Of a DNA stretch of 64,000 nt, positions 49,713-60,703 are shown in pieces. Origin of the DNA: Azolla caroliniana (lineage: Eukaryota > Plantae > Polypodiophyta). The stretch is taken from positions 36,084,001-36,148,000 of the forward strand of contig JBHGNT010000001.1 in NCBI GenBank assembly GCA_043228905.1. The letters are read 5' to 3'. Positions within the stretch are counted from its first letter, which is position 1. Every line of letters starts with the position of its first letter. The position numbers were made by a program, and so were the translations under genes. A model generated the notes under the pieces. It made no database searches, was not told where the DNA came from, and worked only from the letters and a program-made list of their open reading frames with translations.

Positions 49713-52700
49713 TGTTGAAAAACAGTGCTCGGCCACAACCGAGGAATAGGATCAACTCACAGAAAACGGGAAATACAAAGTGCACGAGGACAATAGAGAG
49801 AAAGGTACACTGGATATTTTACGTGGAAAACCCTAAATGGGAAAAAAACCACGGGAGTCCTCAAACTCCAACTATCACTATGAACAGGGATGTACACTGG
49901 TGAAGCTACAAGGCAACAACCTTGAGCTCACTGTCTTCGCCACAGGCGGCGGTAATACACAGAGGCAACGACCTCTTCGTCTCTCTTTCTCTCTCTCTCT
50001 CGGCTGCTCTCTCGGCTGAAAACATAAAAATGAGCAACAACAATAACTGTTTGCCCTAAGTCATATTTATACACATATGACTTTCGGGCTATTTACAAAT
50101 ATAGCCTAGAGGGCCCTTGGCAAACATATTCACAAATATGTCCCCGCATCCGGATCTCTCTCCGGGTACATTCGTCATCCGGCTCCATAGCCGGGGTCTT
50201 CATCATCCGGCTCCGTAGCCGGGGTCTTCATCATCCGGCTTCGTGCCGGGTACTCTTCATCCTCTGGTTCCGTAACCGTAACCGTAACCGTAACCGTGAT
50301 TGCCGTCATTCATCTCCGGACATCCCATCCGGAGGGACCGAAATCCCAACAAACTCACCCTTCACTTCGGCATGGGATGTCTTTCCAGTCCGACCCTCTT
50401 CCGGCACGCTTCCAGCTTGTCGGGTGTGAGCACTTTGGTCAGCATATCTGACCCGTTCTCTTCCGTGTGGATCTTCGTCAGCACGAACTCCTGGTCTTCT
50501 ATCCTTTCCCGGATCCAGTGATATCTTCGCTGGATGTGCTTCGTCCGGGAGTGATAGGCCGCGTTCTTCGCAAGGTGGATGGCACTCTGACTGTCGCAGT
50601 AGAGTCGGTACTCCTCTTGTCGGATACCGAGCTCTCTAATGAAGTCCTTCATCCATATTATTTCCTTGCCGGCTTCAACAGCCGCCATGTACTCCGCCTC
50701 CGTGGTTGACAACGCAACCGTCTTCTGCAGCCTCGACTGCCACGAAACAGCCCCCCCTGCATACGTCATCACATACCCTGATGTGGACCGGCTGGTATCT
50801 TCATCAGCCGACATATCCGAATCGGTAAAGCCGTCGAGTTCGGGCTTACCGGAGCCGAATCGGAGGCACACGTTTGCCGTGCCCTTCAGGTATCGGAGTA
50901 TCCATTTGACCGCGTTCCAGTGGTCTTTGCCGGGATTGCTCATGTACCGGCTCACCACTCCGACTGCGTATCCTATGTCCGGTCTTGTACACACCATTGC
51001 GTACATCAAGCTTCCGACGGCAGAGGCATATGGTACTTTCATCATGTCCTCCTTCTCAGCCTTTGTCTTGGGGCTTTGCTTGCTGGACAACTTGCAGTTT
51101 GCCGGGAGGGTTGACCCGACCGGTCTTGCTTCCGACATGTTGAACCGGTGAAGCACCTTTGTCACGTACTTCTCCTGTGACAGCCACAACTGCTTCTTCT
51201 TCCGGTCCCGGATGATGTGCATCCCTAGTATTTGCCTCGCCGGACCCAGGTCCTTCATTGAGAAGGTTTGGTGAAGCGCTTTCTTCAGCGTCCGTATCTT
51301 GACCTGGTCCCGTCCGACGATCAACATGTCGTCCACGTATAGGAGGAGTATTAGAAAGTCTCCTCCTTCGAACTTCTTCACAAACACGCAGTGATCGGAC
51401 TGCGTTTTGTGGTACCCTTCGTCGGTCATGAAGGAGTCGAACTTCCGGTACCATTGCCGGGGAGCCTGCTTCAGTCCGTAAAGGCTCTTCTTCAACCGGC
51501 ATACCAGGTGCTCCTTCCCTTTCTTCTCGAATCCTTCCGGTTGCTGCATGTAGATCTCTTCTTCGAGGTCACCGTGAAGGAATGCCGTCTTCACGTCCAT
51601 CTGTTCTACCTCGAGGTCCATGCTTGCCGCTATGCTCAGCACCGTCCGGATGGAGGTCATCTTCACTACCGGGGCAAATATATCGTCGAAGTCGACGCCC
51701 TTCTTCTGCTGAAACCCCTTCACCACGATCCTGGCTTTGTATCTCGGGGGGTTTCCGGCATCTCCCGGTTTCAGCTTGAACACCCACTTGTTTCGAAGTG
51801 CCCGCTTTCCTTTCGGCAACTCCACAAGTTCATATGTGTGGTTCTCATGCAGGGAATCCATCTCGTCCTGCATGGCACTCAACCACCTGCGGCTCTGGGT
51901 GTCATGCTTTGCTTCTTCAAAGCTCTCCGGCTCCCCCTCGTCGGTTAGCAGCACGTGCTCTGGTTCCGGAAATCTCCGGGGGGCCCTTCTCTCTCTTAGA
52001 GGATATCTCCGTTCCGGAGCTTCGGTAACCGGTTCTTCCGATTCTTCTTCATCCGAATCCATTTCGGGATCGGGGCCGGTTCCGGTATCATTTTCATCTT
52101 CTTCGGCCGGTTCTGTTTCTTCACCGTCTTCGGCCGGATCCTCGAGTGCTAACCGGTCCCTTGCCGGTCGGGACTGCTCCTCGTAGAGTTGATCCTCACC
52201 GGTCGACTTGGAGCTCTTCATCTTCTTCTCCGACTCCCAGTCGGTGAGTGTCTTGTCCTCCATGAAGATGATATCTCGACTCCTGAATATCTTCTTGTCG
52301 ACCGGGTCCCATACTCGGTAGCCGAACTCGTCATCGCCGTAACCGAGGAATATGCATGGCCGGGTCTTTGGATCTAACTTTCCTCTCCGGTCCTTTGCCA
52401 CATGCACGTATGCGAGACACCCGAACACCTTCAGATGCCGGTAGGACACTTCCTTACCGGCCCACACTTTCTGCGGCGTGTCTCCGTCCAAAGGTACTGA
52501 GGGTGATCTATTTATCACATACGTCGCCGTCGACATTGCCTCAGCCCAAAATCCCTTGGGTAATTTCGCATGTGCTAGCATACTCCGGACCCTCTCCATT
52601 ATGGTCCGGTTCATCCTCTCGGCCAGCCCGTTCAGTTCCGGCGTCTTCGGCACAGTAAACTCGAGCCGGATTCCCTTCGAGCGACAGTACTCCTGGAACT

Positions 52701-55133
52701 GCCCCCGGTATTCCCCTCCGTTATCCGCTCGTATCGCTTTCAGCTTCTTGCCGGATTCCCTTTCCACTCTCGCGTGGAGTTCTTTGAAGACGGACAATAC
52801 TTGGTTCTTTGTCTTCAACGGTGCCGTCCACAGTTTCCGGCTGTGGTCATCAATGAATGTCACGAAGTACTGGGCTCCGCCATGTGACTTCGTTTCTACT
52901 TGACACACGTCAGTGTGCACCAACTCCAATGGTGCGCTACGTCTCGTCGGTGGCCTTGTGTGGAAGGAGGTCCGGTTTTGCTTACCGGCCAGACAATCGG
53001 TGCACTTCTCCAGGTGCACATGCTTCACTGGAATAAGGTTGTCTTCTGCAAGCCTCTTCATCCCCTTCTCACTCATGTGGCACAGTCTCTTGTGCCATAG
53101 CTCACCGGCAGTGTCAGCTGCCACGTTCAGCTCCTCCGGACATAGTCGGGAATTCATCAGGTACGGTGTGTTGATCTTCCGGGCCCGAGCCACTATCAGG
53201 CTCCCTTTGCTGAACTTCATGACACCGTTCCGGATGCTACCCGTGTAGCCTTCATCGTCTAGCCTCCCGGCCGAAATCAGGTTCAATCGAACCTCCGGAA
53301 CGTGTCGAACATCTTTCAGCAGCATCTTGCATCCGGTTGATGTCATCAGCCACACGTCTCCTATGCCGGCAATCCGGCACGTACCTTCATTTCCCATCCG
53401 AACACAGCCATGCTCACCGGCTGTGTAGGATGAGAAGTATCTTCTTTCCGGGGTCAGGTGGAACGACGCTCCGGAATCTACCACCCAGGTCGTCTCATCG
53501 CCGGCAATGTTTAGTTCCCTCTCTTCGGTAATGAGCATTATCTCTTCTTCACTTGCCGCGAGTGCCGTCGTTCCTTTCCGGTCCTGCCCTCGCCGATCCG
53601 GACCTCTCCGGTCCGTGGCTCCCCGGTATGCACCGTTTCTCTCCGGTGACTTCTTCGAATCGGTGTCGTCGGCTCCGTTGTCCTTTCGGTAATGCCGACA
53701 ATTCTTCCGGAAGTGCCCCGGCTTCCCACAGTGGAAGCAGGTGGGTCTTCCTCTTGACTGCGACCGGGTCCCCGACTTCTCCCGTCTTTGCGGACTCCGG
53801 TTCCATTGTCTTCCCCGTTCCGATTCGGTAAGCAGCGCCTTCAAGTCGGAGGCCGGTTCTTTATCTCTTCGACGCGCTTCTTCGTTCAAAATGCTTGTCT
53901 TTACCGTTTGTAGAGACAAGTTATCTTCGGTGCAGGAGGTGCTGAGAGTCACCACCAAGTTCTCCCAGCTTTCCGGCAACGTACACATCAGAATGATGGC
54001 TTGCATTGCATCCTCCAACGGGAACTTGATCGCCGCAAGCTGGTTCACGAATCCCATGAACGTGCTCACGTGTTCCACCATATTCTCGCCGTCCCGGTAC
54101 TTGAGGTTCACTATCTTCCTCATCAGGGAGGTCCGGTTCAACGCATTCTTCCTCTCGTAGAGGCCCGACAGCTTCCGCCACATCTCATATGCGTTGGTGT
54201 CGTTCGCCACATGTTGCAGAACGCTCACGTCGACGTATTGCCGAATGGTTGCAACGGCTTTCCGGTTCAGGAGCTTCCACTCCGACTCTATTACTCCCTT
54301 GGGTATCTCGGCATTGTCGATCGGTTCGTACAGGTCTCGGACGATGAGAAGGTCTTCCATCTTTATCTTCCAGTCGGCGTAGTTCTGTGAGTTCAACACC
54401 ATCATGCCCGGAGGCCCACTACCGCCGCCTTCCATTTTCTGTGTTACCGTCGCTCTGATACCAAATTGTTGAAAAACAGTGCTCGGCCACAACCGAGGAA
54501 TAGGATCAACTCACAGAAAACGGGAAATACAAAGTGCACGAGGACAATAGAGAGAAAGGTACACTGGATATTTTACGTGGAAAACCCTAAATGGGAAAAA
54601 AACCACGGGAGTCCTCAAACTCCAACTATCACTATGAACAGGGATGTACACTGGTGAAGCTACAAGGCAACAACCTTGAGCTCACTGTCTTCGCCACAGG
54701 CGGCGGTAATACACAGAGGCAACGATCTCTTCGTCTCTCTCTCTCTCTCTCTCTCGGCTGCTCTCTCGGCTGAAAACATAAAAATGAGCAACAACAATAA
54801 CTGTTTGCCCTAAGTCATATTTATACACATATGACTTTCGGGCTATTTACAAATATAGCCTAGAGGGCCCTTGGCAAACATATTCACAAATATGTCCCCG
54901 CATTCGGATCTCTCTCCGGGTACATTCGTCATCCGGCTCCATAGCCGGGGTCTTCATCATCCGGCTCCGTAGCCGGGGTCTTCATCATCCGGCTTCGTAG
55001 CCGGGGTACTCTTCATCCGGCTTCATGCCGGGTACTCTTCATCCTCTGGTTCCGTAACCGTAACCGTAACCGTAACCGTGATTGCCGTCATTCATCTCCG
55101 AACATCCCATCCGGAGGGACCGAAATCCCAACA
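49713..55133 (-). mobile_element. Element E: full-length Ty1/copia (Tnt1-like) LTR retrotransposon
   Basis: LTRs 54467-55133 (5', 667 bp) and 49713-50351 (3', 639 bp); TSD CTTTA; iMet PBS at 54451-54463 (minus strand); PPT GTGAAGGGTGAG. Confidence 0.97.
50362..54435 (-). CDS. Element E intact gag-pol polyprotein (1357 aa)
   Basis: ATG at 54435; CFHCGKPGHFRKNC; WVVDSGAS; LWHKRLCH; integrase HTD / RADNGGE / AER; RT YVDDM; RNase H TDSD and AEY; copia domain order; no stops. Confidence 0.96.
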   Translation of the reverse strand: MEGGGSGPPGMMVLNSQNYADWKIKMEDLLIVRDLYEPIDNAEIPKGVIESEWKLLNRKAVATIRQYVDVSVLQHVANDTNAYEMWRKLSGLYERKNALNRTSLMRKIVNLKYRDGENMVEHVSTFMGFVNQLAAIKFPLEDAMQAIILMCTLPESWENLVVTLSTSCTEDNLSLQTVKTSILNEEARRRDKEPASDLKALLTESERGRQWNRSPQRREKSGTRSQSRGRPTCFHCGKPGHFRKNCRHYRKDNGADDTDSKKSPERNGAYRGATDRRGPDRRGQDRKGTTALAASEEEIMLITEERELNIAGDETTWVVDSGASFHLTPERRYFSSYTAGEHGCVRMGNEGTCRIAGIGDVWLMTSTGCKMLLKDVRHVPEVRLNLISAGRLDDEGYTGSIRNGVMKFSKGSLIVARARKINTPYLMNSRLCPEELNVAADTAGELWHKRLCHMSEKGMKRLAEDNLIPVKHVHLEKCTDCLAGKQNRTSFHTRPPTRRSAPLELVHTDVCQVETKSHGGAQYFVTFIDDHSRKLWTAPLKTKNQVLSVFKELHARVERESGKKLKAIRADNGGEYRGQFQEYCRSKGIRLEFTVPKTPELNGLAERMNRTIMERVRSMLAHAKLPKGFWAEAMSTATYVINRSPSVPLDGDTPQKVWAGKEVSYRHLKVFGCLAYVHVAKDRRGKLDPKTRPCIFLGYGDDEFGYRVWDPVDKKIFRSRDIIFMEDKTLTDWESEKKMKSSKSTGEDQLYEEQSRPARDRLALEDPAEDGEETEPAEEDENDTGTGPDPEMDSDEEESEEPVTEAPERRYPLRERRAPRRFPEPEHVLLTDEGEPESFEEAKHDTQSRRWLSAMQDEMDSLHENHTYELVELPKGKRALRNKWVFKLKPGDAGNPPRYKARIVVKGFQQKKGVDFDDIFAPVVKMTSIRTVLSIAASMDLEVEQMDVKTAFLHGDLEEEIYMQQPEGFEKKGKEHLVCRLKKSLYGLKQAPRQWYRKFDSFMTDEGYHKTQSDHCVFVKKFEGGDFLILLLYVDDMLIVGRDQVKIRTLKKALHQTFSMKDLGPARQILGMHIIRDRKKKQLWLSQEKYVTKVLHRFNMSEARPVGSTLPANCKLSSKQSPKTKAEKEDMMKVPYASAVGSLMYAMVCTRPDIGYAVGVVSRYMSNPGKDHWNAVKWILRYLKGTANVCLRFGSGKPELDGFTDSDMSADEDTSRSTSGYVMTYAGGAVSWQSRLQKTVALSTTEAEYMAAVEAGKEIIWMKDFIRELGIRQEEYRLYCDSQSAIHLAKNAAYHSRTKHIQRRYHWIRERIEDQEFVLTKIHTEENGSDMLTKVLTPDKLEACRKRVGLERHPMPK

Positions 55134-58100
55134 CTTTACAACTGCAACACGCCATACCCACAGCAGACTCTCCTCCAGTGAGAATGGCAGCTCAAAGGCG
55201 CTCACCACTTGATCATCAACGGATAAACACTGCAGTCCAAGAAATGCTCCAAAAGGATATTATTGAGTTGTCTAGTAGTGAATGGGTATCAGAACCTCAT
55301 CTGGTCAGAAAAGATGACGGTACATTCAGATTTTGCATTGATTTCAGATTACTAAATAAAATTACAAAGCATGACAGGTATCCATTACCACGCTTCGACG
55401 ATTTAATCGACCAACTCAGTAAGTCAAGATACTTTACATCCTTAGATCTAGCTTCAGGGTATTGGCAAATACCCCTACGACCTAAAGACAAACACAAGAC
55501 AGCTTTTAGAACACAGCATGGCTTATACCAATTTAAGAGAATGCCCTTCGGATTATCAGATGCAGGCAGCACGTTCCAAAGAATGGCGAACACCATTTTT
55601 CAAGACCTCATCCATAAAGGAGTCATACTAGTCTATCTCGACGATATACTGATACAGATTGCTGATTGGTCGCAACATATTCAAGTTCTACAAGAAGTCC
55701 TCCTACGCATCCAAAAATATAGCCTACAACTACAATTTAAGAAGTGCAAATGGGGAGCAACGGAATTACGATTTTTAGGATTCATGATATCCTCAAAAGG
55801 CATCCAACTCGACCCTGCTAAGATACGAGCCATTGCTGATTACCCAACGCCGAGCAACATCAAGTCCCTACAAAGCTTCCTTGGTCTTGTGAACTTTTCA
55901 TTACGGTTTATCCCTAACCTAGCCATGGTCACAGCCCCCTTAAGATTACTATTGAAAAAAGGATCAAAATATCAGTGGTCAGCAGATTGTACACAAAGTT
56001 TTGAGAAACTAAAAAAATTAATCAAGGATGCGGGAACCTTGGCATTTCCAGACTTCAGCAAAGTCTTCCGCCTTCAAACAGATGCTTCCAATTATGGAAT
56101 CGGTGATGTGCTCCTGCAACAAGACGACAATGACGACTGGCAGCCAATAGCATACATAAGTAGAGCATTGACGAAATCAGAGCAAAACTACTCTACGACA
56201 GAAAAAGAGTTCTTGGCAATTGTTTGGGCATTCCAGAAGTTCCACCCTTACCTGCATGGAACATCCGTCCAAGTAGAAACGGATCACCAACCATTGGTAT
56301 CACTCATCCACAAAACTCATTCACCGGGAAAACTACTACGATGGGCACTCGCTTTGCAAGAATATAGTTTTACAATGATTTATCGGAAGGGAGCATCCAA
56401 CACAGTTGCTAATGCTTTATCTCGGATGGAGTACCATGCTGCACAATGGGCAGAGGATGCCAATGACCTCCCATTTCAGCCACAACAAATAGCACAAATG
56501 CAACAGCAAGACCCTGTGATCAAGGACCTCATCCTACGAATACAAAATAGCCATGACAAGCAGGTATACCATCATTTTGTTTTAATTGACAACATCCTCC
56601 ATTTTATTAGTCAAGGCCTCCCTCCACATCTGTATTTACCGGAGGCATTACGGGCAACTTATCTCGAATTCTATCATAATCATCGGTTGACGGGTCATTT
56701 CGGTTTCCATAAGCTCCTCCATCGCATTCGATCAATGTATTATTGGCCAAAATTAAGACAGTCTATCTCTACATTCCTACAAACATGCTCCACATGTTAG
56801 ACCGTAAAAAACCCACAATCCACATACGGTACCTTGACACCCATTGAAGTCAAGGAACCTTTTGAGATGGTGGGATGGGACCTTATGGGCCCATTTCCAA
56901 CATCAATACAAGGAAACAAATATATTTTGGTAATTACAGAATACTTGACACGATGGTGCGAAGCTGCTGCCTTACCGGATGCAACAACAAATACGGTCGC
57001 CAACGCCCTTCTACAAAGGGTGATTTTTCCTCACGGATGCCCTCACCAAATTCTTTCCAATCAAGGATCACAATTCCGCAGCGAAGTGATGCAAGTTCTC
57101 ACGCAGAGTTTGGGAATAAAGCAGTTGTTTACATCGCCATATCATCCCCAGACTAACGGCCTCACAGAGCGAATGAATAAAACCATTAAACAAACTATTG
57201 CAGCCTATGTTGATCCTTTACATCAATCATGGGATCAAGTATTGCCATTCGCGGTACACGCATACAACACCTCAGTACAAGAATCCACCAAGTTGAGTCC
57301 ATTTAGGGCATTGTATGGCCGCGATCCTCGTCTCCCCCCAGACCCACACACCATCAAAGTCAACCCACATCATAGTGATGCCACCTCATGGTGGTTATAT
57401 CTACAATCAACGATGTCTCTTCTCCAACGAGCCATTCAATATAATTTAAGTAAAGCCCAACAACGACAAAAGAAATATTTCGACAAATCACATAGGCCAA
57501 CCACACTCAATATTGGCGAATATGTTCGAGTCTATTACCCGGTGCGGAAAAAAGGTCTTTGTGAATCATTCATGCACAGATGGTTAGGACCATACAAGAT
57601 CATAGCACGCATCGGCTCGAACACTTACCGGTTACGCCGAGTCGATAAATCGATAGAAACAGTCGCATATGTTTCGCGGATTAGGCGCATACCTCCCCCA
57701 ACTGAGAATCTCCACCCCGACGACACCAGTGTGGACAACACAGGACTGTCACAGCCATCGACAGGCCAAGATGTATCCACAATCGATGACTCCACGGGCC
57801 TGTCGCAGCCACCGACACACCTGGATGTAGCCACAGTCGAAGCGCAGGCGCATCCTTCACTCCGAATCAGACCATAGCCACCCCCCAATCGTCACGCCAT
57901 CGACAATGACACAGTCAACATCCTTGGAAGGCGTCACTGTGACTTCAGCAGTCAAAAACCCTCGCTGCACAGTAAAGAAGAACAAATGAATAAGGGTCTA
58001 GGTCCTACTATGTAATTTTTTTAAAGGGGGAGGTGTCCTGTGTGCGGGACCACACTAGGTGGTTTTGTCCCAAGAAGAAAACTAACTTGTAACTAACTAG

Positions 58101-60264
58101 GGGTAGAGCCAAGAAAGGTGGGAAACACTATAAAGAGAGATGCCTACCAAGAGAGAAAAGGAGACTGTAATTGAGCACATTACAATATGTTGAATATTTT
58201 AAGGGCTTTTGTAAATTTTCTCCCAAATTAATACCACTATGTATATCCATTTTGTACCTAAATAATTAATTTACAACCTTTTGAAAACTCATGTGTTATT
58301 ATACAAGATTAAGAGGCGATGCCCCCAAAGTGGTTTTTTTTCAAATCCAGTAACGGTGCCTATTTGTTTTGTAGCCCAAGGACAAATCTTCTCTAACACA
58401 TAGTGAATGATTTGTCTCTAACACCGAACAATGAATCATTCAAAAATAAATAAATTACCTAGTGATAAATTGCTTAATCATCTCCAGTACCGAACAATGA
58501 TTCAATGCTTGCACCTAGCAATTAAGCGACTCTAACATTAATGTCATTCATAATAACACACCATATTTTCACATTGGGAAGTAATAACTTTTGATGAGAC
58601 ACCTGTCTTGGTTTAGAACACCTACAATATGCCCACTTTCACTTTCAAATATGTAATCGCATTTTCTCATGAAACCACTAATTGACCAATTAAGTAGCCA
58701 CTATTATTGTACCGTGATCAATTCTATCTCTTGTCCCCGCTCAATTGTGTTTATTAACCAAGATTAATCCATAACGAATCCTAACCCTATCCCTAAATAA
58801 GAGAATGAAGCAAAAGAATATAAGAATCTAGAATCATCTACATTACCCCATAGGAAGATAATCAAACACTTCACCCACTTGACACATTGATGGGCAATTG
58901 TGAAAATTGTGGGCAATGTTGTTGTCGTGAAAGGAAGAAGATGGCAAATGGACGTGATCAGTGAAGTCATTGCTACAAACCACAAACGATTCACATCACT
59001 ACATTATGCAATGATGACCTCCACAACATCAACAAAGTGGTCAGATATTATGTCCTATGATACCTACAACATCACCATAGATGAAAGTAAAGAAGTAAGT
59101 ATGAGAGTTAGTTTATCTAATGATTTACTAGCTGTTCATGTAGAGGCCCACATTGGTGCTCAACCGATTTTGCTAAATTTTTTTTGTTTGGAACATTGTT
59201 GGTCCATTCGTTGCAAAGCTATTGTCCTTCATTACATTATATTTGATGCACATTATATTGTGAAGTTAAGATGTATGTTAAATGTGGTATATATAATGAT
59301 AAGGATGAATAAATGGTCACCAATGTGGACATTAAACCTATGATGCCTTGTTTATTTACTATATCCTTTTGATGGGTTGAACCTTGAAGGGATAAATTTA
59401 GGTGTTTATTCCAAATTTGAGACTCTTGACATTCGAGTTGAAGGTTGATGAAATTTAGGGTCAAGTTTTACCAAGAACGAACTTGTTATTTGTTGATAAT
59501 AATTGCCCAATATCTATTGTGGAACCTAAGTTGCTTTCAGTTTAGTAGCGTAAGAACAAGAAAATAGGAAGGATGTTTTATTAAGGATTGAATCCATTAA
59601 TTTTTGTGGACACAAATGATCATTGTATGAGGTTTTTGAATGTGTATGTGAGAGTGCAATAAGTGAAAATGCGTGAGAGGAGTCTATTAAATCTCATTGC
59701 AAGATAAATTTTTTGGTAAACTCAGAACAAGATTGTCAACACACATTGCTCTGAAGGTGGGTTTTAACTTTAGAGACATCTTCATCTTATTTTTATTATT
59801 TTTATTTTAAAGTCAAGATTCACCGTGGTATTAATGAAAAGATGCCCAAAACCTACAAAGAATCAATACAAATCTCTTTTTGTTTTTTATGTAATGGGTA
59901 TTACTTTAATTAAATACAATACGTTAAATGAATGAGAGCACATGAGAAGTCTTGTGTACTTGACCAATGTTTATAAGATAAAACTAGAAAGGACATTGTT
60001 TGTGGAGGAAAATAATGTCCATACATATAAGGCATATGTAGGTGGGGGGGGGGGGGGGAGACCATAATTTGTGCAAAATGTAACGAAGAGTTGGGAAAAC
60101 AAAAACAAATGTAGAACCTTTCAATGTACAAATTTCCTTCCTTGATGAGTTGTGTTTTCCTTTTCCATGCCCAAGGCTCGTATCGATCAAACGATAATGA
60201 GGTGAGCTCTGATTGGGGGTTTTTCCACTCTCTCATGGATCAGGACTCAGGGCTCTAGATCTAG

Positions 60265-60307
<43 letters not shown>

Positions 60308-60703
60308 GTAAGGGTTAAGACAACATTTGGACTCTTGGAGTTGGAATAGAGGAGGAACAGGTCCACACATCTATAGGTGTATCAGTATGTAATAATAATA
60401 TATATGTATGTATGTATCGATATAAAGTCCCAAAAGCTTAGAAGACCTCGTGTGTTCGTATGTGTGTGCGTGCTGTGCAGGACTTTCTCGACACTCGTGA
60501 GACGTGTGTGTATCTGCATACACATATACATATGTATATAGATACGTATACGTATACGTATCCGTATATGTATATAATACATATACACATACATACCCCT
60601 TCTTCATCTCCACAACTCTTCTTCTGTGTCTCCCCCTCTCCCCTTCTCTCTCTGTCTGTCTTGTCTTGTCTTGTCTTGTCTATCCCAATTCTCTTGCTCT
60701 GTT

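Larger units (their letters stand above)
49152..57877 (+). pseudogene. Element A pol (49152-49712 joined to 55139-57877): PR-RT-RH-IN
   Basis: ALLDLGST; QVTL joins QLQHAIP in frame across E; YLDD; TDASNYG; HHCC followed by TAG at 56798-56800; GWDLMGP; ILSNQG (catalytic D changed to N); WLGPY; no chromodomain. Confidence 0.9.
31138..58184 (+). mobile_element. Element A: outer Ty3/gypsy (non-chromovirus) LTR retrotransposon, host of the nest
   Basis: 151-bp LTRs 31138-31288 and 58034-58184 (TG...CA, 3 differences); 4-bp TSD ATAT; PBS-like TGGTGGAAATAATGGGCA at 31290; PPT AAAGGGGGAGG; gag and pol frames rejoin once B and E are removed. Confidence 0.93.

Noticed and set aside
50467-54390. Plus-strand ORFs antisense to the copia polyprotein
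   Set aside because: Shadow ORFs of a GC-rich coding strand.
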